Shown one piece after another: positions 42,701 through 54,651 of a stretch of 64,000 bases of DNA. Within the stretch, counting starts at the first letter, position 1. Each line of letters begins with the position of its first letter. The notes below the pieces were generated by a model that was not told where the DNA came from, made no database searches, and worked only from the letters and a program-made list of their open reading frames with translations. Origin of the DNA: Nageia nagi (Eukaryota > Plantae > Pinophyta); NCBI GenBank assembly GCA_050084985.1, contig JBITNC010000001.1:126294001-126358000 (forward strand), read 5' to 3'. Made by a program: the position numbers and the translations under genes.

Positions 42701-45700
42701 ATTAAATTTCTCTTGTAACTTTTTCTTCATCTTGGCCCAAGCCCTAATCTTCACTTTTCCCTTTCTCTATCTTGAAGCTTGTAGATGATCCCACCAAATA
42801 AATGCATTCCCTTTTAACCTCTAGCATGTAAGCTTCACCTTCTTATCCTTATGTAAATTACCCCATTCAAAGTATTTCTCCATGCTATTTACCCAATTGA
42901 TCAACTCCTCTAGTTTCATCCCACCAACATACTCATAAACCTTGATCTTGATCCCATCTTGATTTCCTCTTATCCCTTATAAGGCTTGGATTATCCTATT
43001 CTCAAAGTGTTGTCCCACTTCTTCTTGATATAGGTTCTCCCTTCACCTTAACATTAGGTACATCTTCCCCAGACATGCTTTCACTGTAAATCTAGGATTT
43101 GAGTGGGCATGGGGTCTCCTCTACCCCATATGGTTAATCATACTAGTTAACTATGCTATTTCTACATGTAGATCCTCTATCTACCTATTCATGTGCCTAA
43201 GCACCTACCACACCCCCAACTTGTCTTCTAGGTTGCATCTTCTCTCCACTAGTGAGATCACACTTGTTCCTATACTAGATGATGTGAATTTAGTTGCAAG
43301 AGACCAATAAAATGGGCTCTAATAACATAAATGTATTAACATAGAAGAAAATCTGTAAATAATCCTCTTCTCATTTCTGAATTCATAATACCTTTTTTAG
43401 GTCTATTATAAAAGCTAATATAGAAATAATGAGACTCTCCCTCAAAAATAATGAATAGTCTAAAAACTAGGAAATTAGTAAAAATAGAAATTGTCTAAGG
43501 ATAGAAAGTTTCTAAAAATTGAAAGTTCCTTAGATTACAACCAAACTTGGCATACATGCCCGATCAACATAGAATAAGCTATTTCCCAATTTATTCTCCT
43601 AAAAAAATTCTACAATAAAAGTTATTAAAGTCTACTTATTGGAAAATCCTCAAAACTAAAACTAAAAGCTAATTTTGAGGTACTAAATGATGGATTTAGG
43701 CCATTCACATACCTTGCAGCTCTCTACTAATCCATCTCATTATCCTCCACCTAAATGGATAATTTGTAGAAATTGTTAGTGTAATCTTCAACACTTTGTT
43801 CTTTTCTTTAAGATTATAGAATCTATGAAATAAGGTTTGGGAATAATATAGAGGAATAAATTTCTCTTATAACTTCTTCATCTTAGCCCAAGCCTTGATC
43901 TTCTCTTTTTCATTTCTTTATTGTGAAGCTTGTAGATGATCCCATAAATCAATGAATACCCCTTTAACTTCATGCATGCAAGCTTCACCTTCTTATCCTC
44001 AACTAGATTACCCCATTCAAAGTATATCTCCATGTTATTTACCCAATCAATAAACTCCTTTGGTTTCAACCCACCAGCATACTCAAAAACCTCGATCTTG
44101 ATCCCATTTCAATTTTCTCTTATCCCTTCCAAGGCTTGGATTAGCCTATTCTCGAAGTGTTGTCCCACATCTTCCTCATGTAAGGGTTCTCCCTTCACCT
44201 CAACATTAGGTACATCTTCCCTAGACATGCTATCACTATTAGATTAAGGATTCAAGTAGGCAAAAGGTATCCTCTCCCCCATATGAGTAATTACACTAGT
44301 TAACTATGCTATTTCTACATGCAGATCCTCTATCTGGCTATTCATGTGGGCATAGGCACCTGCTACACCCTTGTCTACACTTCCAACCTATCTTCTAGGT
44401 GGCATCTTCTCTCTACTAGTGATATCAAACCAACTCTAATATCAGATGATGTGAATCAGCTGCAACAAACCAACATAATTTACTCTAATAACATAAATGT
44501 ATTAACATAGAAGAAAATTTGTAAACAATCCTCTTCTCATTCCTAAATTCACAATACATTTTTCAATTCTATTAGAATAGCTAATATTGAAAAAAGGAGA
44601 CTCTCCCTCAAAAATAACGAATAGTCTAAAAACTAGGACATTACTAAAAATAGAAACCTTCTAAAGATATAAAGATAGAAAGTTTTTAAAAATAGGAAGT
44701 TCTTGGATTACAACCAAACTTGGCATACATGCCTAGTCAACATAGTCTAAGATGCTTCCTAATTTATTTTCCTAAACAAATTCTACAACAAAAGCTATTA
44801 AAGTCTACTTATTGGAAAATCCTTAAAATTGACACTAAAAGTTAATTTCAAGGCACTAAATGATGGATTTAGGCCATTCACATACCTTCCAGCTCTCTTT
44901 ATGCTCCACCCAAATGGATAATTTGTAGAACTCATTAGTGTAATCTTCAACATTACTCTCTTTATCAAATATTTTGGAATCTATAAAATAAGGTCTAGGA
45001 ATAATCTTTAGGAATAAATTTCTCTTGTAACTTCTTCTTCATCTTGACCTAAGCCTTGATCTTCTCTTTTCCCTTTCTCTATCATGAAGCCTATAGATGA
45101 TCACACCAAATCAATGCATGCCACCATAACTTCATGCATGCAAGTTTCAAATTCTTATCCTCAACTATATTACCCCATTTAAAGTATTTATCCATGCTAT
45201 TTACCCAATTGATCAACTCCTCTGTTTCAACCCGCCAGCATACTCATAAACCTTGATCTTGATCCATTTTGATTTGCTCTTATCCCTTCCAAGGCTTGGA
45301 TTATCCTATTCTCAAAGTGTTGTCCCACTTCTTCCTCATGCAAGGGTTCTCCCTTCACCTGAACATCAGGTACATCTTCCCCAAACATGCTCTTATTATT
45401 AGATCTAGGATTCAATCATGCATGGGGTCTCCTCTCCCCCATACGGTTAATTGCACTAGTTAACTATGCTATTTTTGTATGCAAAACCTCTATCTGCCTA
45501 TTCATGTGGGCATAGGAATCTACTACACCCCTACCTACATGCACATCTTATCCTCTAGGTGGCATCTTCTCTCCACTAGCGAGATGATGCCTGCTTTAAT
45601 ACCAAATAGTGTGAATTTAGTTGTAAGAGACCAACAAAATGGGATCTAATAACATAAATGTATTAACATAAAATAATATCTATAAATAATCCTCTTCTCA

Positions 45701-46439
45701 TTCTCAAATTCATAATACCTTTCTTAGGTCTACTATAATAGTTAATATAGAAAGAAGGAGACTCTCCCTCATAAATAATGAATAGTCTAAAAATCAAGAC
45801 ATTACTAAAAATAGAAACTTTCTAAAGATAGAAAGATATAAAGTTTCTAAAAGTAGAAAGTTACTTAGATTACAACCAAACTTGGTGTACAAGCCCAATC
45901 AACATAGACTAAGCTATTTCCCAATTTATTCTCCTAAACAAATTCTACAACAAAAGATATTAAAGTCTAATTATTAGAAAATCATCAAAATTAACATTAA
46001 AATCTAATTTTGAGGCACTAAATGATGGATTTAGGCAATTCACATACCTTGTAGCTTTTTGCTCATCCATCTCATTATGCTCCACCCAAATGGATAATTT
46101 GTAGAACTATTAAGTGTAATCTTCAACACTCTGTTCTCTCTATCAAAGAGTTTGGAATCTATGAAATAAGGTCTAGGATAAATCTATAGAAATAAATTTC
46201 TTTTATAACTTCTTCATCTTGGCCCAAGCCTTGATCTTCTCTTTTTCATTTCTTTATCATGAAGCTTGTAGATGATCCCATAAATCAATGCATACCCCTT
46301 TAACTTCATGCATACAAGCTTCACCTTCTTATCCTTAGCTAGATTACCCCATTCAAAGTATTTCTCCATGTTATTTACCCAATCAATAAACTCCTTTGGT
46401 TTCAACCCACCAACATGCTCAAAAACCTTGATCTTGATC
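36766..46439 (-). repeat. ~1.17-kb tandem repeat (nascent satellite), main block
   Basis: Periods 1169, 1176, 1179, 1163, 1167 and 1160 bp; each monomer is ~425 bp LTR, PBS (CTCTAATACCA-like on +) and ~710 bp gag; the monomer at 37900-38592 lacks the LTR part. Confidence 0.95.
38938..39720 (-). pseudogene. Representative truncated gag of the array monomer (consensus MPPRR...IDWVNSMEKYFEW...ALIWWDHL...SVEDYTNEFYKL...YVNGL plus LTR-derived tail)
   Basis: ORF-track peptides 37425-37628, 39247-39597, 41591-41803, 43878-44069 and 46214-46447 are paralogous CRM-type gag; the frame runs into the LTR to a TAA. Confidence 0.85.
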
Positions 46440-47601
46440 TGATCCAAAATTTGGATCCCTTCAACATTTAGTAATCTCTATTTTAGTGTGTTATTTATGA
46501 TTTTCTTATCTTCAACTTTCTGATGCTTCTTTCAGATCAAGAATCTGAGTTCGTATGTGGAAGATATGGTATTAATTCTAGCTTGTGTATTTTTGAAAAA
46601 AAAAGGGATTAAAAATATATGGTGAGACCTGCCTACCACCATGGAGACCATGCAAGAAGAGAAGGCATGGAGCTACATGGAGGTTAGCATGGAGGTCAGC
46701 ATGGAGGTGATGAGGTAGGGAGTTTGACCATGGAGATCGCCCATATGTGATCACTTTTGACCATGCGACCACCAACCCATCCACCTATGCACAAGCTACC
46801 AATTGAGACTGCCATGTGACTTACCAACCCAGCCATGACCTGCCCATGCAAGCTACCAACCAGACCATATCTGACCACCGTCTGACCACCTACATGTACC
46901 ATCTGACCGTTTGATCGCTTGATCGCCTACCATGTGTCACCACCATAGTGCACCCACCTATTTTTAAGTTTTTTTAATGTATTTTAGCATTTTTCAAAGG
47001 TTTTTGGTGATTTTTGATTCACCTAAGGTCCTATTATTGGGCTGAGTTAATCTTGTAAGCCTAAAACAATCTAGAGAGCATGTTATTTCACTTTTAGAGC
47101 TCATTTTTGGAAGATTTTTACAATCATTTGAGCCCAAATTTGATAGGAATATCAAGGAGGTTAATGGGTATCTGAAAATGGGTTTTTTTTCCAAATTTTC
47201 TAGTTGTAATACTCTCCAATTTTAGCCCCTAAAATTGTATAAAAAGGGAGCAAATTGGATAGGAAAAAAAGAGGATTTCAGGAAGGTTGTTCTCAGTTCT
47301 TGTTGTGATTTTCAAAGCTGTGAGTGTGTTGTGAATGTGAGAGGAGGTTTTGAAGGACCAAGGAGGCCTTGTAAAGTGATTCCACCCATTGATAGTAGAG
47401 AGGCTTTGAGCTGGATGTAGCCCACACTGGGTGAACCAGGATAAAATTTTGCTTATCTCTTCTATGGTGAATGCTTTTCTCTTCTCTATGTTTACAATTT
47501 ATTTCCTGATTTTCCTTTACAAGCACTTAATTATTTTAAGTGTGAATTGATCCTAAGTAAAGGTTAAATTGAATTTTTTTTACCTTATAGTTTATGAATC
47601 A
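46440..47601 (+). repeat. 5' LTR of nested gypsy
   Basis: TGATCC...GAATCA, paralog of 52231-53359; TATAAAA at ~47238. Confidence 0.95.
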
Positions 47602-47605
47602 AGTT

Positions 47606-47617
47606 TGGTATCTAAGC
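47606..47617 (+). promoter_or_regulatory. PBS (tRNA-iMet)
   Basis: TGGTATCTAAGC just after the 5' LTR. Confidence 0.85.
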
Positions 47618-47854
47618 AGTTGAAATCATTGGGATAACCTATATTTTTGAGAATTATTGTTAGTGTTTGGAAAGTGTTCTTGCATGTATACTAGGTCACA
47701 AAGCAAGAAGGGAGAAGGAGAATTGGTGGAGGAGGATCCAAAAATTGGTTCTAGAGTTTGGCTAAAGAAGCAAAGAGAACTTGGAGCCATGGCAAATGAA
47801 GGAGGGTCTAATTTGGAAAAGCAAATTGCTGATCTCTCCACAATGTTCTAGAAG

Positions 47855-49219
47855 ATGTCTCTACAATTCCAACAACTTCAAGAACAACAATACAAGAAAA
47901 ATGAAGGTGAAACTAGTGAATGTAATAAAATTGACAATAATGTTACACATAGTGTTTCTCAAAGTTCTCCTTTGAAATTGGAAGTTAAATTTGATTTGCC
48001 TACTTTTATTGGAGAAGTGAATGCTGAGAAGTTAGACCATTGGATTAAACAAATTGAAGTATATTGTAGAATTCAAAGAATTGTAAGAGATGAGGATAAA
48101 ATCCAATTAGCAACTCTTAAAATGAGTGGTAATGCACTTATTTGGTGGGAAAGTTGTTTGCAAAGTAAGAATGAATCAATTCAAGCTTGTATTGCTTCTT
48201 GGACCCATTTTGTACAATTGCTTAGAAATCAGTTTTATCCTTTGGGTTATCAACAAAAGGTAGTCATGGAATGGCAAACTTTCCATCAAGGCAAAGGGCA
48301 AAGTGTGCAAGAGTACACTATGGAATTCCGAGGAAAAGCTACAATGCTAGGTATTCCTCTTGATTCCCAAGATACTCTTCTTAAGTATATTGGTGGTTTG
48401 CATAATTATTTAAGGCATACAATATTGATGTTTGATCTAAATGATTTGGATAAAGTTTGTCTACAAGCCACTCACTTAGAAGAAAGGGAAAAATTCAGTA
48501 AGGATGGGAAAAAGAAAAATGCTTCCAATAACAATAGTAATAATGATTATGAAAGGAATAAAGGAAAGGGGAAAAAGAAAACTATGTCTACTACACAAAA
48601 AGAGAAGTCTAAAGATGTATGTACACATTGTCAAAAAGAAGGTCATTTAGAGGCTAAATGTTGGAAATTGCATCCTGAATTATGCCCTAAACCTAAAGGT
48701 CAAAAGAAACAAATAAATACTGTTACTAAGGAAATTGAAGATGGTTCAGATGTAGATGATAAAATGGTATGTATGGTTTTGCATAATACACCTAATGAAG
48801 ATGAGGAAAAGAAGAAAATTGAACTTTTTCACATCAAGATGCAAGCTAAGAAGACTAGGATTGATACATTATTTGATTCTGGATATCAAGCTAACTTAAT
48901 TGCAGAAAAGTATATCAAATCACTTGCACTCACTACTCAACCTCATCCAAACCCATATCCATTGGGATGGGTTAATAAAAATTCAAATTTAAAGGTAACA
49001 CAACAATGCAAGTTGCGATTTGGGATTAATAGGGAGTACATTGATGAAGTTTTACTTGATGTTGTTCCTTTGGATATTTGTGGGATTGTGCTTGGTAGTC
49101 CTTATCTATGGGAAAGAGATGATTTTTTTATAGAAAGGAAAACAAATATAGACTTATTAAAGATGGAATTGAATACAATGTTAGTGCTCATCAAAGTAAG
49201 AGAAATGATATTTCTTTGA
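47855..49219 (+). CDS. Gag-protease portion (454 aa ORF) of nested gypsy
   Basis: Capsid region (ALIWWES, QSVQEYTMEF), CCHC knuckle CTHCQKEGHLEAKC, aspartic protease LFDSG; ends by frameshift. Confidence 0.9.
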   Translation: MSLQFQQLQEQQYKKNEGETSECNKIDNNVTHSVSQSSPLKLEVKFDLPTFIGEVNAEKLDHWIKQIEVYCRIQRIVRDEDKIQLATLKMSGNALIWWESCLQSKNESIQACIASWTHFVQLLRNQFYPLGYQQKVVMEWQTFHQGKGQSVQEYTMEFRGKATMLGIPLDSQDTLLKYIGGLHNYLRHTILMFDLNDLDKVCLQATHLEEREKFSKDGKKKNASNNNSNNDYERNKGKGKKKTMSTTQKEKSKDVCTHCQKEGHLEAKCWKLHPELCPKPKGQKKQINTVTKEIEDGSDVDDKMVCMVLHNTPNEDEEKKKIELFHIKMQAKKTRIDTLFDSGYQANLIAEKYIKSLALTTQPHPNPYPLGWVNKNSNLKVTQQCKLRFGINREYIDEVLLDVVPLDICGIVLGSPYLWERDDFFIERKTNIDLLKMELNTMLVLIKVREMIFL

Positions 49220-52190
49220 TTACTACAGGACAAGCAAAGAAACTAATCAATATAGGACAAATATTTATACTTGCAATGGTGAAATCTCAAGATGAAGTAG
49301 AAATAATAAAGGCACTTGAAGATTGTGAACCACAATACAAAGAAAAAGTAAAAGAGGTAATTTCTGAATTTGAAGATTTATTTCAAGTACCTAAAGAACT
49401 TCCACCAAAAAGAGATATACAACATGAGATTCAATTACATCCTGATGTTGCACTTCCTAATATTGGCTTATATAGAAATTTTGCTTTGGAAATTGAAGAA
49501 ATTAAGAAATAAGTCAAGGAATTGTTAGATCAAGGAGTCATTAGACCTAGCACATCACCATGTGGATCTTCTATTGTTATAATTCCAAAGAAAGATGGAA
49601 CTTGGTATATGTGTGTTGATTACAGGGCACTAAATAAGATCATGGTTAAAAATTGACATCCTTTGCCATGTATTGATGATTTAATGGATTAATTACAAAA
49701 AGCTAGGCCTTTCACAAAATTGGATCTAAGAAGTGGTTATCATCAAATACAAGTTAAAGAAGAGGATGTGTGGAAACTTGCTTTTAAAACTATGCAAGGA
49801 TTGTTTGAATGGTTGGTTTTACCATTTGGATTATGCAATGCTCCTGCTACTTTCATGCATGTAATGAATGAGGTTTTAAGGCCTTTCATTGATGATTTTG
49901 TTATTATGTATCTTGATGATATTCTCATTTACAATGTTAATTAGAAAGATCATGTGGTACATATTTGTAAAGTGTTTAAAGCTTTAAGGGAAGCAAAACT
50001 CTATTTGAAAATGTCTAAGTGTGAGTTTGTCAGGAAGAGTTTAATCTATCTTGGCCACATTGTAGGTGAAGGTCAATTGAGGATAGATCCTGCAAAAATT
50101 GAGGCTATGTTGAAATGGCCTACTCCCACTAATGTGACAAAAACTAAGAGTTTTCTAGGGGCAGTATAGTATTTATGCAAGTTTATTGCTAACTTTTCTT
50201 ACATGGCTTCTCCACTTCATGCTATTATAGGAAAGAGTCATGGATTTCAGTGGGGAGGGAAAGAACAACATGCTTTTGAATTACTTAAAAAGAAAATTAG
50301 TAATGCTCTAGTACTTGCTTTGCCTAATCTTCAGAAACCTTTTGAAATTGAAACTGATGCAAGTGACTATGCTATGAGTGCAATTTTATTGCAGGAAAAA
50401 CATCTGATTTGCTATCACTCAGAAATATTTACCGATGCGATGAGAAACTATCCCACATATGATAAAGAGTTGTATACATTAGTTCAAAGTGTTAAAAAAT
50501 GGAAGCACTATTTGGTAGGTAAAGAGACAATAATTCATATAGACCATCAACCCTTGCAATATCTTCAGTCACAATCTAAGTTGCAACAATCTAGGCATTT
50601 TCGTTTGATGGGATTTTTGCAACAATTTCATTTGGTGATTAAGTATAAGAAGGGTACTCAAAATAAAATTGCTAATATGTTGTCTAGGTCTCCAATAGTT
50701 GCTAGTGTTGTGATTCTACAAAATAGTTCTTTAATGCATGATGGGTATAAAGAACAATATGTGGTTGATCCTGATTTCTAAAATGTCTATCATAGATTGA
50801 GTCTTGGTAATGAGGTTGGAAATTATGACTTTCATTTGCATGATGGATTACTTTTTCATTTGGGCAAACTTTGTATCCTAATGGTGAGAGGAATTATTTG
50901 ATTAGGGAATCTCATACTTCTCATATTTCAGGACACTTTGGTGTTGGGAAAACTCTTGCTAATCTACAAAGGTATTGTTACTGGCCTAAAATGCAAGAAA
51001 ATGTATCTATATACATCAAAGGTTGTATGTTATGTAGTGTAAGAAAACCTAATAACAGAAAATTTGGTCTTTATCTACCATTTTCCATTCCTACACGACC
51101 ATGGGAGAGTATTTCTATGGATTTTGTTGGAGGTTTACCTATGTCTAAAAGAGGTCATGATTATTTATATGTGGTTATGGATAGATTCAGTAAGATGTGT
51201 ATTCTAATTCCATGTAAAAAGAATGTGACAGGTCAAGAGGCAGCTAATCTTTTCTTTACTTATGTGTGGGTACATTTTGGTCTTCCTACTTCTATCATTT
51301 CTGATAGGGATTCCAAGTTTCTTGGAAAATTTTGAACTTCTTTTTGGGAAAGGATGGACACTAAGCTAAAGAGGAGTACAGCATTTCATCCATAGATAGA
51401 TGGTCAAATAGAGGTGGTAAATAGGATAGTGGTACACCTATTATGAGGTTATTGTGGTAAGCATCCTAAGACTTGGGATGAGCATTTGAACTATATACAG
51501 CATGCATATAATCAAGCTTTACATTCTTCTACTAACAAAACACCTTTTGAGACTTGTTTTGGTTATTTACCAAAATCACCTTTTGATATGGCTTTTGCTT
51601 CAACAAGTGATGGAGATATAGTTCTTCATAATGAGGAGGAGTGGGCAAAGAATTTTATTGAGAGGATCAGATTGATTCATCAATAGGTAAAAGAATAGTT
51701 GGAGAAGAGTTAGGCCAAGTATAAGAAGAGGCATGATCATCATCAAGTAGATCATAAATTTCAGGTTGGGGATCAGGTATGGCTTCATCTCAGCAAGGAG
51801 AGATAGCATGGTAAGGGAAAGAAGTTGAAACCCATAAGGTATGGTCCATTTACCATTATTGGTCAAGTTGGAGACAATGCATTTCGATTAGACTTACCAC
51901 CCTATATGCAAATGTATTCTATTATTAATGTTGAGAACTTGAAATTGTATGAACTAGCCTTAGTTGTAGAAGATACCGATGTTATGTTACCATCAGTTGA
52001 GGATTTAGCCCCTGAGCACATGAATGTGTTGGTTGAGCATGTAGTATTGTAAAAGAAGCAACGATCATCTCGTAGTGGCATATGTGAGGTGTGGCATATT
52101 GGAGTGAAGGGCCAACATCCACACAAGGCCAAGTGATATGCAATTGATTAGGTGAGGGAGCTCTACCCTCACCTCATTTCATCATCCTAA
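49216..52190 (+). pseudogene. pol (RT, RNase H, integrase) of nested gypsy, with premature stops
   Basis: [28 protein letters not shown]; ETDASDY, YPTYDKEL; H..GHFG..C..C, SMDFVGGLP, SDRD, YGPF. Confidence 0.93.
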
Positions 52191-52218
52191 ATGCTTTTGG
52201 GGACAAAAGCTCTCTCTT

Positions 52219-52230
52219 AGTGGAGAGGAA
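52219..52230 (+). promoter_or_regulatory. PPT of nested gypsy
   Basis: AGTGGAGAGGAA abutting the 3' LTR. Confidence 0.85.
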
Positions 52231-53359
52231 TGATCCAAAATTTGGATCCCTTTGACATTCAGTAATCTCCATTTTAGTGTGTTATTTATGATCATCTTGT
52301 CTTCAGCTTTTTGATGCTTCTTTCAGATCAAGAATCTGATTTCGTATGTGGAAGATATGGTATTAATTCCATTTTATGTATTTTTGAAGAAAAAAAGGGA
52401 TTAAAAATATATGGTGGGACCCACCCACCACTATGGAGACCATGCAGGAGGAGAAGGCATGGAGCCGCATGGAGGTGATGAGATAGGGAGTTTGACCATG
52501 GAGACCACCTACATGTGATCACTTCTAATTGCATGACCACCAACCTATCCACCTACGTGCAAGCCATTAACCGAGATTGCCACATGACTTGCCAACCCAA
52601 CCGTGACCTGCCCATGCAAGCTACCAACTAGACCATGTCTGACCACTTGCATGTACCATTTGACTGTTTGATCGCCTGACTGCCTGCCATGTGTCACCAC
52701 CATAGCGCACCCACCTATTTTTAAGTTTTTTAACATATTTTAGCATTTTTCAAAGGTTTTTGGTGATTTTTGATTCACCTAAGGTCCTATTATTGAGCTG
52801 AGTTAATCCTATAAGCCTGAAATAGTCTAGAGAGCATGTTATTTCAGTTTTAGAGCTCATTTTTGGGAGAGTTTTACAACCATTTGAGCCCAAATTTGAC
52901 AAGAAGATCAAGGAGGTTAATGGGTATATAAAAATGGGTTTTTTTTCCAAATTTTCTAGTTGTAATACTCTCCAATTTTAGCCCCCAAAATTGTATAAAA
53001 AGGGAGCAAATTGGACAAGAAATAAAAAGAGGATTTTAGGAAGGTTGTTCTCAGTTCTTGTTGTGATTTTCAGAGCTATGAGTGTGTTGTGAATGTGAGA
53101 GGAGGTTTTGAAGGACTAAGGATGCCTTGCAAAGTGATTCCACCCATTGATAGTAGAGAGTTTTTGAGCTGGATGTAGCCCACACTGGGTGAACTAGGAT
53201 AAAATTTTGCTTGTCTCTTCTATGGTGAATGCTTTTCTCTTCTCTGTGTTTAAAATTTATTTCCTAATTTTCCTTTACAAGCACTTAATTATTTTAAGTG
53301 TGAATTGATCCTAAGTAAAGGTTAAATTGAATTTTTTTTACCTTATAGTTTTTGGATCA
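52231..53359 (+). repeat. 3' LTR of nested gypsy
   Basis: TGATCCAAAA...TTTTGGATCA followed by TSD TGATC. Confidence 0.95.
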
Positions 53360-53707
53360 TGATCCCATTTCAATTTTCTCTTATCCCTTCCAAGGCTTGG
53401 ATTATCCTATTCTTGAAGTGTTATCCCACTTCTTCCTCATGTAAGGGTTCTCCCTTCACCTCAAAATTAGGTATGTCTTCCCTAGATACACTCTTACTAT
53501 TAGATCTAGGATTCAATCATGCATGGGTTCTCCTCTCCCCCATATAGTTAATTACGTAAGTTAACTATGCTATTTCTACATGTAGATCCTCAATCTACCT
53601 ATTCATGTGGGCAAAGGTACCCACTACACCCTTGCCTACACCCCTAGCTTATCTTGTAGGTGGCATCTTCTCTCCACTAGTGAGATCACAGCCACTCTAA
53701 TACTAGA

Positions 53708-54106
53708 TGATTGGAATTCAACTAGGACATTAGTAAAAATAGAAACTTTTTAAAGATAGAAAGATAAATAGTTTCTAAAAATAGAAAGTTCCTTGGATTA
53801 CAACCAAACATGGTGTAGAAGCCCAATCAACATAGATTAAGTCTTTTTCCAATTTATTCTCCTAAACAAATTCTATAAAAAAAGATATTTTAGTCTACTT
53901 ATTGGAAAATCCTCAAAATTAACACTAAAAGCTAATTTAGAGGCACTAAATGATGGATTTAAATTAATTGAAAAACTTTTTGATTGAGGACATCCCTCCT
54001 AAAGGAGTTAGTAGTTGAATCATGAAAACCCATATCTAGCTCTCCTCAAAATTTCAAGATGATCCAACAATCAAATCAAAAGTTATGATCATTTTATGGT
54101 GCATCT
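53708..54106 (-). repeat. Original 5' LTR of the arrayed element (only copy retaining the LTR 5' end)
   Basis: Continues past GATGGATTT with ~145 bp unique sequence to CATCT+TSD; lacks a ~170-bp internal block present in the other copies. Confidence 0.85.
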
Positions 54107-54640
54107 ATACCATATAGTTATAAATATGATACCATATGACACATTATATGATCAAGCACCATCCATAATAACAACATATATCCTAGGTAGCACAAAGGTC
54201 TTAGCAGTTGATACTGAATTACATACTCAAAAAAATATTCCTCATCTTCTTTAGGAGAATTAAGGGTTCTGAGAAAATAGCTCCAAAATTTTATGTCCCT
54301 TACAAGGTTCTCTAATGCATTGGACCTATTGCTTATAAGTTGAAGTTACCAATATCCTACAAGGTTCACCTTATATTTCATGTTTCATGTCTAAAAAAGG
54401 TATTGGGTTTATAGGTTCATATTCAATCAAAGTTAGCAAAATTCACTAATGATGGCTCCATCAAGATTGAACTCAAAGTAGTTTTATACAAATGCATCCT
54501 CAACCTTTTTCATCATACCATAACCTAGGTTTTTATTAAATAGAGAGGGCTAGCACCTAAAGATGCAGCATGGGAAATAGAACATGAGCTTTAGTAGGAG
54601 TTTTCAAATTTTCAACTCTAAGGAAAAAGATTTTTTCCAA
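54107..54640 (+). pseudogene. Host chromovirus integrase C-terminus and chromodomain, right part
   Basis: HIVINMIPYDTLYDQAP continues WWCNTSY; KIAPKFYVPYKVL..AYKLKLP..HLIFHVSCLKK; VFIK*RGLAPKDAAWE chromodomain. Confidence 0.85.
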
Positions 54641-54651
54641 GAGGGATGGCA

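Larger units (their letters stand above)
46440..53359 (+). mobile_element. Full-length Ty3/gypsy chromovirus, CRM-like, nested in the array
   Basis: LTRs 46440-47601 and 52231-53359 with TGATCCAAAA...TTTTGGATCA termini, TSD TGATC, PBS, PPT, gag-PR-RT-RH-INT order; PHPNPYPLGWV motif after the protease. Confidence 0.95.
36766..54106 (-). mobile_element. CRM-like gypsy deletion derivative expanded into a tandem array of nine LTR-PBS-gag monomers (contains a nested element)
   Basis: Ends TGATG...CATCT (decayed CATCA), single TSD ATACC (36761-36765, 54107-54111); host integrase resumes after it; LTR ends at 36766, 38593, 39762, 40938, 42117, 43280, 44447, 45607 and 53708. Confidence 0.92.

Noticed and set aside
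38399-45463. Repeated plus-strand ORFs in the array (e.g. 39200-39496, 43972-44247)
   Set aside because: Antisense shadows of gag with inconsistent starts and ends among copies
36766-46439. CRISPR-like array or tandem host gene cluster
   Set aside because: Whole monomers are homologous with no unique spacers, and the content is LTR, PBS and gag
46578-47194. Minus-strand ORFs duplicated at 52328-52950
   Set aside because: Incidental frames within the two LTR copies
46440-47601. Nested LTR length (1162 bp) matches the array period
   Set aside because: No sequence similarity to the monomer; treated as coincidence
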